A stretch of 64,000 bases of DNA from Gammaproteobacteria bacterium (GTDB taxonomy: Bacteria > Pseudomonadota > Gammaproteobacteria > Natronospirales > REEB76), in assembly GCA_036000105.1 (NCBI GenBank), contig DASYGE010000002.1, positions 264,793-328,792 on the forward strand, read 5' to 3'. The stretch's first letter is position 1; every line of letters begins with the position of its first letter. A program made the translations under genes and the position numbers. Positions 54,010 through 63,317 of this stretch are shown piece by piece. The notes beneath the pieces were generated by a model. It saw nothing but the letters and a program-made list of their open reading frames with translations, searched no databases and was not told the DNA's origin.

Positions 54010-56067
54010 ATGAAGAAGACACTCTCCAGCCTGCTGTTCCTCGGCCTCGTCTGGTTCTACCCGGCGGCCTATATGCAGTTCGCCGACGCCACAGCCGAGA
54101 GCAATGGGACGGCCCTCAGTCCGCAGCCGGATCAGGCTTCCGTGGATCAGGCAGTGGCCTATGTACTCACCCATTACCACTACAGCCGTGAACCTTTGGA
54201 TCCATCGCTCTCGGGCAAGATCTTCGACGAGTACCTGAAGGAACTGGATCCGGGCCACGAATACTTCCTGAAAGCGGACATCGATTCCTTCTCCGCCTAT
54301 CGCGCCAGGCTCGGCGCCAGCATCAAGAAAGGCGACCTGGCGCCGGCCTTCGCCATCTATTCGGTGTTCCGTTTGCGTTTCGGGGAACGCATGGTCTTCG
54401 CCGATGGGCTGCTGGACAAGCAGCCGGACCTGAACAGCGACGAGACCCTGCCGGTGAGCGACAGCCCCGAGGACTGGGCCGCCGACGGGCAGCAGCTGGA
54501 TGATCGCTGGCGCAAGCGGGTCAAGAACGAAGTCATCGATCTGATGCTGGATGGCAACGATTGGCCGAAGACCCAGGGCGTGTTGAAGCGCCGCTACCAT
54601 ACGCTCACCGAGGGTGTGGCCAAGGTCAGCAGCGACGATGTGTTCGATACTTTCATGAACGCTTACGCGAAGGCGCTGGACCCGCACACCGAATATTTCG
54701 CGCCGGTGGAATACCAGCAGTTCAAGACCCAGATGAGCCTGAAGCTCGAAGGCATAGGCGTGGAGCTGCAGGGTGACGAGGATTACGTGAAGATTGCGCG
54801 GGTGCTGCCGGGCAGTCCGGCGGCCAAGAGCGGTGCCCTGCACGCCGGCGACCGGATCGTGGCGGTGGCCCAGGGGGACAGCCCCAATTACGTGGACGTG
54901 ACCGGCTGGAAGCTGGACGACGTGGTGCGCCTGACCCGCGGGCCGAAGGGCACGGTCTTGAGCCTCAAGATACTGCCGGCGGGAGCCCGCCCGGGTTCAC
55001 CCCAGAAGTCCATCCGCCTGGTCCGCGATGCCATCCGGCTGGCGGACGAGGCGGCGCGCAGCGACGTGATCAGCGTGCCGCGCAAGCAAGGTATCGCCAA
55101 GATCGGTGTGATCCGCGTGCCTGAGTTCTACAGCGATTTCGACGGCCGGGCCGAGGGCAAAGCCGATTACAACAGCGTCTCCCGCGACGTGCGCAAGCTG
55201 CTCCTGGGCCTGGAAGCCAAGCACGTGGACGGGGTGATCATCGACATACGCAACAACGGCGGCGGCTCGGTGCAGGAGGCGGCCGATCTCGCGGGGCTGT
55301 TCATCCCCCGGGGACCGATGGTGCAGTTACGCAGCTCGGATGACCGTATAGATGTGGTGCGCTCCAGCGGCAGCCCCGTGTATACCGGGCCCCTGGCGGT
55401 GCTGGTGGATCGCCTGAGCGCCTCGGCCTCGGAGATATTCGCCGCCGCGATACAGGATTACCAGCGTGGGGTGATCGTGGGCACGGACACCTATGGCAAG
55501 GGCGTGGCCACCCAGTTCGTGGATCTGGCCCAGCTCGTGGGGGATGAGGACGACGCCGGTCAGCTGATGTTCGTCTCGGACAAGTTCTACCGGGTGACGG
55601 GCGCGAGCACCCAGGACCGGGGGGTGGCCCCGGATATACAGTTGCCGTCCGACATCAACCCCAAGCAGTTCGGGGAAGAGACGGAAGACAACGCGCTGCC
55701 CTGGGATACCGTGGAGCCCTTGGCTTTCAACCCGGTGCGCGAGCACCTGGACGCGATGCTGCCGGAGCTGCGCAAGCGCCATGAGGAGCGGGCTAAGGAT
55801 GATCCCCTCTACCAGCTATATCTGACCGATATAGAGCATCTGAAGAAAGAGGATGCCGCCACGAGCCTCTCCCTGATGTTGGACGTGCGCAAGCGCGAGG
55901 AGCAGCGGGAGGAGGCCTGGCGCAGCAACGACGACGTGGCCTGGCAGCGCATCACCGGCAGCCCGCCGGCTGCGGTGGCGGACGGCGTGGTGGCCAACCC
56001 CCAGGACGCGATCCTGCGGGAAGGCGCGAACATCGTGGCGGATATGGGCGAACTGCAGCACGGCTGA
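54010..56067 (+). CDS. prc: tail-specific (C-terminal processing) protease, S41 family
   Basis: Internal ATG MKKTLSSLLFLGL. PDZ region, IIDIRNNGGGSV and TYGKG catalytic motifs. Confidence 0.9.
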   Translation: MKKTLSSLLFLGLVWFYPAAYMQFADATAESNGTALSPQPDQASVDQAVAYVLTHYHYSREPLDPSLSGKIFDEYLKELDPGHEYFLKADIDSFSAYRARLGASIKKGDLAPAFAIYSVFRLRFGERMVFADGLLDKQPDLNSDETLPVSDSPEDWAADGQQLDDRWRKRVKNEVIDLMLDGNDWPKTQGVLKRRYHTLTEGVAKVSSDDVFDTFMNAYAKALDPHTEYFAPVEYQQFKTQMSLKLEGIGVELQGDEDYVKIARVLPGSPAAKSGALHAGDRIVAVAQGDSPNYVDVTGWKLDDVVRLTRGPKGTVLSLKILPAGARPGSPQKSIRLVRDAIRLADEAARSDVISVPRKQGIAKIGVIRVPEFYSDFDGRAEGKADYNSVSRDVRKLLLGLEAKHVDGVIIDIRNNGGGSVQEAADLAGLFIPRGPMVQLRSSDDRIDVVRSSGSPVYTGPLAVLVDRLSASASEIFAAAIQDYQRGVIVGTDTYGKGVATQFVDLAQLVGDEDDAGQLMFVSDKFYRVTGASTQDRGVAPDIQLPSDINPKQFGEETEDNALPWDTVEPLAFNPVREHLDAMLPELRKRHEERAKDDPLYQLYLTDIEHLKKEDAATSLSLMLDVRKREEQREEAWRSNDDVAWQRITGSPPAAVADGVVANPQDAILREGANIVADMGELQHG

Positions 56068-56243
56068 GGCTTGGATCTTGGGGCGACCTGCCCCGTTATA
56101 GCGGCTTCCAAGCCCCTCTGGGGCGCTCCGGAGGCGCATAAATGAATCAGGCATATTTCATAACATTATCGGCCGGTACTCCCGGCCCTTGGCCTATACC
56201 TTTGGGCGTATGCGTGGGATAACGATTTTCGGAGGATACAGTC

Positions 56244-57011
56244 ATGATCCGCGACCTCAGACATCTTTCAGACTCATGCAAGCCGGTGCTCCTCGGCCTG
56301 CTTGCTCTGGGTTTCATCATCACCGGGCAAGCCGCATGGGCCGATCACTTGCCCCCGGGCATACAGGTCATCTATGTGAACCCGTCGGGCCCCGTCGCTG
56401 GCCGGTCGCCCGGTCTGAAATCTTACACGGACGCCGATATCGATCAGGCCTCGGAACTCGCCAAGCTGGGCGATGCCGAAGCCGAAGCCAACCTCGGCGT
56501 GATGCTGGCTACCCGCGGCAAATACCAGGAAGCGGCGGTCTGGTACCAGAAGGCGGCAGAGGCGGGCCTGTCGGCAGCTGCTTATAACCTGGGCACGCTG
56601 TACTACAACGGCCAGGGTTTCCAGCAGGACTATGCCAAGGCGCTCCACTGGTTCCAGGCAGCGGCTAAACGCAACGACCCCTATGCCGAGTTCCAGCTGG
56701 GCATGATGTACGACCTCGGCCACGGCGTGGATGCCAGCCCCGAGCAGGAGATGTCCTGGTACACCAAGGCTGCCCGCCAGGGCCTGGCGGCTGCACAGTA
56801 CAACCTGGCCGTGATTTACCACAATGCGGAAGGCGTGACCCAGGACGATGTGACCGCCTATGCCTGGCTGCTCCTGGCCGAGCGTGGTGGCGTGGATGTC
56901 TCCGAGGCGAAGCCGGTGGTGACCGATGGTATGACGCCGGAGCAGATGCGTAGCGCCGAGACGCTCAGCCGTTCCCTGTACGTGGCAGCGGACAACTCCC
57001 TCCGGGAGTGA
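56244..57011 (+). CDS. Sel1-repeat (TPR-like) periplasmic protein
   Basis: Signal/TM at the N-terminus. At least four A..NLG..Y..G.GV..D...A..W..KAA repeats. Confidence 0.8.
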   Translation: MIRDLRHLSDSCKPVLLGLLALGFIITGQAAWADHLPPGIQVIYVNPSGPVAGRSPGLKSYTDADIDQASELAKLGDAEAEANLGVMLATRGKYQEAAVWYQKAAEAGLSAAAYNLGTLYYNGQGFQQDYAKALHWFQAAAKRNDPYAEFQLGMMYDLGHGVDASPEQEMSWYTKAARQGLAAAQYNLAVIYHNAEGVTQDDVTAYAWLLLAERGGVDVSEAKPVVTDGMTPEQMRSAETLSRSLYVAADNSLRE

Positions 57012-57268
57012 TTCCCGACACTGAGGATTACCGGATGGTGGGCGCGAGACTGCACCCACCATCCGGCCCACAGCGAGGACCGTTCTCCAGCGGCATATAG
57101 ACCTTGGGGGAGACAGCCTTGAATCCGACGCCCTTGAACCGATTGGCCCATCCGCCCGGGGGCCGATATGATGGTGGAAGAGGGCCCGCGCAGACGGCGC
57201 TCGCACATGATCCGACCCATGGCGTGATCGAAGGCAACACGAACGTCTCCGGGGCAGGAACAGGCAGC

Positions 57269-59182
57269 ATGAATTCCACGCCGGAACAGACCAGGGTGCA
57301 TTACACGTTCGGGCAGTACAGCTTCCGCCCGGACAGTGGCGAACTCAGCGACGGACAGAAGACGGTGCAGCTGCGCCCCCAGGTGGCGAAGCTCCTGGAT
57401 CTCTTGCTGCGCAACGCGGACAACACCGTATCCCGGGAAGACATCAGGAACCACCTATGGGGCAGCCACGTGGTGGTGGAGTTCGAGGAGGGTATCAGCG
57501 CCTGCGTACGGCAGTTGCGCATCGCCCTGAACGACGGTGCCTCGGGCACGCGCTATATCCAGACCATCTCCCGGCGCGGTTATAAATTCGTATTCCCGGT
57601 GACGGTGGAGGAAGGCGGCGGCGCGGAGAAGCCGCACTACGTGACCGCCCCGGCAGTGGCCCGGGCCAGCGTGCCCCCGGTGCGCAGGAGCGGGCGCAAG
57701 GCCGCTTACTACAGCGTAGCGGTGTTCCTGGCTGCCGTGGTCATCGTGGGCCTGATGCTCTTCAAGTACCGCACCAACGGCTTGTTTTCCGAAGCCGGCC
57801 CCAACCCACGCATCGTGGTGGCGGTGCTGCCTTTCAGCAACCTCTCCCAGAACCCTGACAGCGGGATCCTCGGCGCTTCCATATCGAGTGAAGTGATCAA
57901 CCTGCTGGGGCCCATCGCGCCCGACCGCATGGGGGTCATCGCCAATACGTCGAGCACCCATTACACCAAGGGCGGCGAGACCATCAAGGACATCGGTCAG
58001 GAGCTGGGCGCCGACTATGTACTCGAGGGGTCCATCGCCCAGCAGGGGCACGCATTCCATATCTCAGCCCGCCTGATACGTGCGGCCGATCAGAACTATG
58101 TGTGGGGCGACGAATACGACCTGGACGCGAATTATTCCGGCGGCGCCTACCGGCAGCTGGTGATACGTCTGGCGACCCAAGTGGCGACGCTGCTCACGCC
58201 GAATGCGACGGTGAAGCCCTTGGAGTTCACCAACAACCGGGATGCCGCCCTCGCCTTCCAGACCGGGCGTTACCTGATAAGCCAGGGCGAGTTCAAGAAG
58301 GCCTACGGTTATTGCCAGAAGGCCATGAACCTGGATACGCGTTTCGCCGCCGCCCAGACCTGTGCGGCGCGCGCCTTGCTGCGCATGCCGGGACTGTCGA
58401 AATCGGACCTCAGCACAGCCCAGGGCCTGGTGAGCAAGGCCCTCAGTCTGGACGGAAACTCGGCGGAGGCGCACCAGCTCAAAGGTGAGTTGGCCATGTT
58501 CTATGACTGGGATCTGCAAACGGCGGGCCTGGAGTTCAAGCAATCGCTGCAGTTCAACCCGGGGGATGCCTGGACCTGGCAGATGTATGCCGAATACCTG
58601 GCGGCCACGGACCGCAACAGCGCCATGCAGAACGCCATGGAGACCGCTCGGGGACTCGACCCGGCCTCCATCAGCGTGACCGACGACCCGGCCCTGGTGG
58701 CCTATATCGCCTCTCAATACGAGACCGCCGAGACCAGTGCCCGCATCAATGCCAGTCTCAACAGCCAGGATCTGTTGGCTCAGCACATCCTCACCTTAAG
58801 CCTCCTGGGCGCCGGCAAATACGCCGAGGCATCCAAGCAGGCGGTCCTGGAGATGCAGGCTCTCAAAGCGCTACCGGCCGATGTGGCCGCGGTCCAGAGC
58901 AGCAAGTCCGGCTCGCTGGTCAACTATTTCACCTGGTATGCACAGCATACGGCGGCCGGGCCTGCCGGCAAGCTCACAGCGGTGTTCCTGGCGGACGCCT
59001 ACATGCACCTCGGCAAGCCGGATGATGCGTTCGCGGTGCTGGATACCGCCTTCAAGCAGCGCGGCATAAGCACCCTCATACCGTTCATCAGTGTCTGGCC
59101 GAGCTTGCGACCGCTCTGCACCCGTGCCGATTTCCTGACCCTCACCAAGGACCTCAACCAGGTGGGTTGCCTGCCGCAATAA
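57269..59182 (+). CDS. CadC/ToxR-like membrane-anchored winged-helix regulator with a periplasmic TPR domain
   Basis: Internal ATG MNSTPEQ. OmpR-type wHTH (...VSREDIRNHLWG...YIQTISRRGYKFV), a single TM helix (YYSVAVFLAAVVIVGLMLF), then TPR-like repeats. Confidence 0.8.
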   Translation: MNSTPEQTRVHYTFGQYSFRPDSGELSDGQKTVQLRPQVAKLLDLLLRNADNTVSREDIRNHLWGSHVVVEFEEGISACVRQLRIALNDGASGTRYIQTISRRGYKFVFPVTVEEGGGAEKPHYVTAPAVARASVPPVRRSGRKAAYYSVAVFLAAVVIVGLMLFKYRTNGLFSEAGPNPRIVVAVLPFSNLSQNPDSGILGASISSEVINLLGPIAPDRMGVIANTSSTHYTKGGETIKDIGQELGADYVLEGSIAQQGHAFHISARLIRAADQNYVWGDEYDLDANYSGGAYRQLVIRLATQVATLLTPNATVKPLEFTNNRDAALAFQTGRYLISQGEFKKAYGYCQKAMNLDTRFAAAQTCAARALLRMPGLSKSDLSTAQGLVSKALSLDGNSAEAHQLKGELAMFYDWDLQTAGLEFKQSLQFNPGDAWTWQMYAEYLAATDRNSAMQNAMETARGLDPASISVTDDPALVAYIASQYETAETSARINASLNSQDLLAQHILTLSLLGAGKYAEASKQAVLEMQALKALPADVAAVQSSKSGSLVNYFTWYAQHTAAGPAGKLTAVFLADAYMHLGKPDDAFAVLDTAFKQRGISTLIPFISVWPSLRPLCTRADFLTLTKDLNQVGCLPQ

Positions 59183-59314
59183 GAGCCGCCAAGACCCTGT
59201 TTCCAGGGCTCTTTTAGCAGTTTTCCTTGACCCGGCTGAGCCAAGCCGGGATAATTCCGTCCCTTCCATTGGGCTTCCGGCGCATGCTGGACAGCCAGAG
59301 TAAGTGTTGGATAC

Positions 59315-59334
59315 GCGTCCGTAGCTCAGCTGGG
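59315..59334 (+). pseudogene. orphan tRNA-Arg 5' fragment
   Basis: GCGTCCGTAGCTCAGCTGGG versus the intact gene GCGCCCGTAGCTCAGCTGGA at 59453. The leader motif AAGTGTTG is also duplicated. Confidence 0.75.
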
Positions 59335-59421
59335 TGAGCAGGGCCAAATGACCGGTCCGCAGGACCGGTCGCCCGGCGAACGCGAGGCAGGGAAGCCGAG
59401 CTGGGAGAGCCCCAGGGACGG
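59335..59421 (+). repeat. modular hairpin repeat, long form (copy A5)
   Basis: GTGAG... then GACCGGTCC-GCA-GGACCGGTC (59350-59370), then CGGCGAACGC, then GAGGCAGGGAAGCCGAGCT, then CCCAGGGACGG (59411-59421). Confidence 0.7.
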
Positions 59422-59452
59422 AAGTGTTGCTGGTTATAGAAAGTTTCTAGAT

Positions 59453-59529
59453 GCGCCCGTAGCTCAGCTGGATAGAGTACCTGGCTACGAACCAGGTGGT
59501 CGGGAGTTCGAATCTCTCCGGGCGCGCCA
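59453..59529 (+). tRNA. tRNA-Arg (anticodon ACG)
   Basis: Manual fold. Acceptor GCGCCCG/CGGGCGC, anticodon stem CCTGG/CCAGG with loop CTACGAA, T-arm GGGAG-TTCGAAT-CTCTC, encoded CCA. Confidence 0.93.
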
Positions 59530-59535
59530 TAAACG

Positions 59536-59564
59536 AAGGCCCACCGAAACGGTGGGCCTTTTTA
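59536..59564 (+). terminator. tRNA-Arg intrinsic terminator
   Basis: AAGGCCCACC-GAAAC-GGTGGGCCTT followed by TTTATTT. Confidence 0.85.
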
Positions 59565-59574
59565 TTTATTAGCC

Positions 59575-59850
59575 GGAGAGATTCGGTTCTAAGCTCAGCA
59601 TCCTGCTTCGCTAAGAACCCCAGGCTTCACCATCCATGGTGAAGCCGTGCGGCGTATACGCCGCACCCCTATGGGTTCGAATCGGTTCTAGGCTCGGCTC
59701 CATGCCTCGCCAAGAACCCCAGGGTTTGCCCACGCGCTACGCATCCTGCTTCGCTTATGGCCCAGGGCGTACGTCCTGTACGCCCGCTCGAAGCGATGCT
59801 TCGAGCCCCTGGCAAACCCGTCCGGCGCATGCGCCGGACCCGGGCGCGCC
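59575..59850. repeat. two tandem units of the GC-rich mosaic hairpin repeat downstream of tRNA-Arg
   Basis: Unit 1 (59585-59675): GGTTCTAAGCTC..GCTAAGAACC, then CTTCACC-ATCCA-TGGTGAAG, then GTGCGGCGTATACGCCGCAC. Unit 2 (59684-59841) has the same modules plus an inserted GGGCGTAC-GTCCT-GTACGCCC / CGAAGC-GAT-GCTTCG block. Reverse orientation relative to 52751-52855. Confidence 0.75.
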
Positions 59851-59852
59851 AT

Positions 59853-59886
59853 AAAAGTAAAAAGCCCACCGCAAGGCGGGTTTTTT
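59853..59886 (-). terminator. intrinsic terminator (bidirectional) after the redoxin gene
   Basis: On the minus strand: AAAAAAACCCGCC-TTGC-GGTGGGC followed by TTTTTAC. Confidence 0.7.
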
Positions 59887-60438
59887 TCATCGTGCTCCGC
59901 GCTTCATCAGGCCGCGGGCGAGGAATAGCTCGATCCGCTCAATGGGGATGCGGTCGCCCGCATCGCTGCCGTAATAGGTCTCCACGATATGGCCGCTCTC
60001 ATCGATGAGGAAATCGGCTGGCATAAGGTTGTTGGTGTTCAAGCCTGCAAAACCTACGATACGCAGGCCCTTGATCAGGGTCGGTATGCGGAACGCGATA
60101 GCCTTCAGCTTGCGCCATAATGAGCGCTCTATGCCGTATAACCCATATGAAGCAGAGCTTGGGTCCGCGATGACGCTGAAAGGCCGCGGGTGACGCGCTA
60201 CGAAGCGTCGCACCTCCTCCGGAGTGGAGCTGAACACGGCGATGATATCCAGCCCGAGTGCGGATAAGCTCTTGTGGTGCTGGGTTAGCTCATAGATCCT
60301 GTAGTTGCAGAATGGACAGGCTGCATCGCGGAAGAACGAGAGCAGGGCTCGGCGGCCCGCAGCGCCTATCACGACAGGTTTCCCATAGATGTCGACGAGT
60401 TCCAGTTTTGGCGCTGCTGCCGGTGCGATAAGCCGCAT
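59887..60438 (-). CDS. thioredoxin-fold AhpC/TSA-like (redoxin) protein
   Basis: 183 aa. ...ALLSFFRDAACPFCNYRIYEL... has a CxxC in a peroxiredoxin-like context. Confidence 0.75.
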   Translation of the reverse strand: MRLIAPAAAPKLELVDIYGKPVVIGAAGRRALLSFFRDAACPFCNYRIYELTQHHKSLSALGLDIIAVFSSTPEEVRRFVARHPRPFSVIADPSSASYGLYGIERSLWRKLKAIAFRIPTLIKGLRIVGFAGLNTNNLMPADFLIDESGHIVETYYGSDAGDRIPIERIELFLARGLMKRGAR

Positions 60439-60443
60439 GACGT

Positions 60444-61421
60444 TTACTCCTGACCGAATGAGTGACTAAAGCCCGCCGAGATCAGCCGCGTGGGAGCGAG
60501 CTGCAAACCGTATACGTGTTGGAACAGCGGGAATTGCAGGAACAGGTAACCGTGCCAGCCTTCGCCGGCGTTGAAAGTGACGCCTGGGCTGACGTAGAGC
60601 AGCCGCCCGCCGCTATTCGCATGGGCACTGGGGTCGGCATCGGTGTCGTGACTACGCGCCTGTACGTTGAATTGCAGCTGGGGCGTGAGGGAATCGCTCC
60701 AGTAATAGCGCAGGCCGAGATTCAGGTTCAGGCTGTCGCCGGGTTTGAAGCCGGCGTCCACCCGCAGGCTATGCTGGTACATAGCTTGGGCGAACCAGCC
60801 CGAGCTGCCGTTGAAATCATCGAAGTGATACATGCCCAGCAGCACGTCGGTGGTGCCGCTGCCGGCTTGCAGGCTGCGGTCCACCAGCTTGCCCGTCTGG
60901 GGGCCGCTGTCGAAACGCGTGCCTTTGGAGCCGGTGGGCAGCTTCAGGCCGAACAGCAGGCCCGTGCTCATATCGGCAGCAAAGCCGGTGTAACGTCCCA
61001 GTACGCGCACATCGCTGAGGCTTTGGCTGTCGGAGGTGGATAACGTGGCATCACCTTCGGCGACGGTGCTGTGATAGCGGTCGAGATAGGGCAGTTCCAT
61101 TCCCACCCCCCATCGGCGATTGAAGGTGTAATCCAGGCTCAGGGTGTAATAGCCGTTACGGGTGCGCCGCTCGACTTCGTCGGCGGAGGGCAATGCCGGG
61201 TCTGCCACGGTGCTGTCACCGCTGCGCAGCTGGTCCTGATCCACGATGTCGTAGCGCAGGCCGATGCGCCATCCGCGTATGCCCGAGACCACACCCTGGC
61301 TGCCGAGATCAGTGTTCAGGGTGCAACCACAGCTGGAGCAAGCATGGGCAACTGGGCTCATGGCCACGACCACAAGCCAAAGCATGGGCGGGACGAATCT
61401 GCGAAGCATGGGGGATCTCAA
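60444..61421 (-). CDS. outer-membrane beta-barrel protein with an N-terminal CSSCGC motif (MetA/phenol-degradation-like transporter family suspected)
   Basis: 325 aa. Signal peptide ...VVAMSPVAHA followed by CSSCGC. Alternating beta-strand pattern. C-terminus ...ISAGFSHSF. Confidence 0.7.
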   Translation of the reverse strand: MRSPMLRRFVPPMLWLVVVAMSPVAHACSSCGCTLNTDLGSQGVVSGIRGWRIGLRYDIVDQDQLRSGDSTVADPALPSADEVERRTRNGYYTLSLDYTFNRRWGVGMELPYLDRYHSTVAEGDATLSTSDSQSLSDVRVLGRYTGFAADMSTGLLFGLKLPTGSKGTRFDSGPQTGKLVDRSLQAGSGTTDVLLGMYHFDDFNGSSGWFAQAMYQHSLRVDAGFKPGDSLNLNLGLRYYWSDSLTPQLQFNVQARSHDTDADPSAHANSGGRLLYVSPGVTFNAGEGWHGYLFLQFPLFQHVYGLQLAPTRLISAGFSHSFGQE

Positions 61422-61480
61422 TTGCCTCTAAAAACAGCGGGGTGGGCCGGCCCACCCCGCTGTACATCGTCGTGCCCTGC

Positions 61481-62101
61481 TTAGTGGAGCGAAGCGAGCT
61501 TGGTCTGCTTCTTGCCGAGCGCCTGGCCGACGTCATACATGGCCTGGTTGGTGATGGCATGCAGGTTCTTGTCGTACGGAGTGCTGTACTTGGTCTCGAT
61601 ATCCACCATCACCTGGTTGTGGATGTCGTGGGACAGGGCCTTGTCGAAGACCAGGCCGGACCAGAAGGTGCCGTCCGGAGCGCTGCCAGCATCCACCAGG
61701 GTACCAGCCAGCTTCGCGCCAGCCAGATCCTGCGGGGCGGCCGGCAGCTTCACGCCGGCCTTGGTGGCGAGCGTGAGCCCGTCAGCCACGGCGTAGTCGA
61801 AGCCGTTGATCCAGTCGCTCACGTTCTGCTTGCCGTACTGCTTGGTGAGCTTGGCGACTTCAGCGTTCACGGTGTCCTTGCCCAGCATGGAGACCAGGGC
61901 GTGCTGCAGGCTGAAGTGCCCGGCGCCACCGCCGGCTTTCACCAGGGCGGCAGTGACGGTGAGTGCAGGGGCGCCGGCATACACCGGGCCGCCGTACATG
62001 TTCATGGCAGCCATGGGGGTGGTATCAGCGGCGATGGCGGCACCGGCGGTGCACGCTGCGGCCATGCTTATGGCCAGGAGTTGCTTGAGTTTGCGGGTCA
62101 T
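61481..62101 (-). CDS. secreted hypothetical protein
   Basis: 206 aa. Signal peptide MTRKLKQLLAISMAAACTAGAAIA. No family recognised. Confidence 0.65.
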   Translation of the reverse strand: MTRKLKQLLAISMAAACTAGAAIAADTTPMAAMNMYGGPVYAGAPALTVTAALVKAGGGAGHFSLQHALVSMLGKDTVNAEVAKLTKQYGKQNVSDWINGFDYAVADGLTLATKAGVKLPAAPQDLAGAKLAGTLVDAGSAPDGTFWSGLVFDKALSHDIHNQVMVDIETKYSTPYDKNLHAITNQAMYDVGQALGKKQTKLASLH

Positions 62102-62234
62102 GGATCATCTCTCCTCGGAAGTGAAGTGGTTTGCGGGCGTTCAAGCCGCTTGCTCACCATGGGAACTGCCCGGTTGAGTGGGAGCCAAGCGATGCTTGCG
62201 CTGGGTAGCACTATAAGCGGAGGTTTATTATATT

Positions 62235-62250
62235 GCAAGTATTTACTTGC
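62235..62250. promoter_or_regulatory. perfect 16-bp palindrome (candidate operator) in an AT-rich promoter region
   Basis: GCAAGTA-TT-TACTTGC, about 135 nt upstream of the 61481..62101 gene. The half-site TATTTACTT recurs upstream of the 62424..63317 gene, near 63390. Confidence 0.4.
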
Positions 62251-62304
62251 TAAATATTATGAGCCCTAACCCCCCCTCCCCCCCCGTGGAAGGGCGGCGG
62301 ACCG

Positions 62305-62337
62305 ACAAAAGAAAAGGCCCACCGTCAGGTGGGCCTT
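62305..62337 (-). terminator. intrinsic terminator after the 297-aa gene
   Basis: On the minus strand: AAGGCCCACC-TGAC-GGTGGGCCTT followed by TTCTTTTG. Confidence 0.85.
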
Positions 62338-62423
62338 CGTGTTTACAGGGCCGGTGTTCCCCGGCCTTCCATTGCCGTCTTGCGGCCGCCAGCTCGTCTA
62401 TGCGGATCTGTGCTGCTTTCGGC

Positions 62424-63317
62424 TCAGTGCAGGGTACTTGTCTTGGTGTCGAAGAAGCGGCGCGCCTTGTCATAGATGGTGGGGTCAGGCGGCATGTCTT
62501 CCACGGCGGCGCGCAGCTGCTCGTATTCCTGCTTGAAGGGCTTGAGCGCATGCTCGATGTATTCTTTGATGGCGCTCTCCTCGTAGGTCGTGAGCCCGCC
62601 GGACGGCAAGTTGCCCTTGAAGATCTCCAGGGAGGTGAACGCCGACAGGTTGTGCACGGACCAGTGGAAGAGGGCGGCGCGGAAGGCATCCAGTCCGTCC
62701 AGGTAGGCGGCTGCCAGGTTGTTCTTGATCTTGGTCTTGGCCACGGGCGTGACGTAACCCACGGCCATGGTGACGGCGGTCTTGTCTATATTGATGCGCT
62801 CCTTGAGCAGCGCCACCAGGGTCTCCTGGCCGCGACGCACCAGGGTACGGAACTCGTTGTGCCTGGGCTTGCCACGGGGCTGGAGCATCTCCAGGCCGGA
62901 GACCTGGCAGGCCTTGAAGGCCATGTCGCGGGCGCCGGCATAGAGCCGGTTGGCGGTATCCCAGCGGATGGTGAGGGCTGCTTCATCGTCCTCCAACAGC
63001 TTGAGCCCGTTGTTCTTCTGCAGACCGCATTTCTGGATGTACTGGATGATGGTATGACGCGATTCCGAGGTGAGCACCCTCCAGCTCTTGCGCAGGGCCA
63101 GGAAGGATTTGATGTAGCTCTCTTCGAAGGCACCCTGGCTGTGGCATTCCGCCAGCACGTTCCTGAGGGTGGTGTATTCCGGCAATTGGCTGATGACGTC
63201 GCTGCTGACGAAATCCAGGAGCAGGGACTTCTGGAAGGGTTCCGCCTGATCATGCAGCACGGCGCGCCAGGTGCCCTGCAGGAACGCGATCTGGTTGGAA
63301 GCATTCTGTGTGGTCAT
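62424..63317 (-). CDS. cytoplasmic hypothetical protein (helical, no family recognised)
   Basis: 297 aa with clean coding statistics and its own terminator. AT-rich upstream region. Confidence 0.65.
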   Translation of the reverse strand: MTTQNASNQIAFLQGTWRAVLHDQAEPFQKSLLLDFVSSDVISQLPEYTTLRNVLAECHSQGAFEESYIKSFLALRKSWRVLTSESRHTIIQYIQKCGLQKNNGLKLLEDDEAALTIRWDTANRLYAGARDMAFKACQVSGLEMLQPRGKPRHNEFRTLVRRGQETLVALLKERINIDKTAVTMAVGYVTPVAKTKIKNNLAAAYLDGLDAFRAALFHWSVHNLSAFTSLEIFKGNLPSGGLTTYEESAIKEYIEHALKPFKQEYEQLRAAVEDMPPDPTIYDKARRFFDTKTSTLH

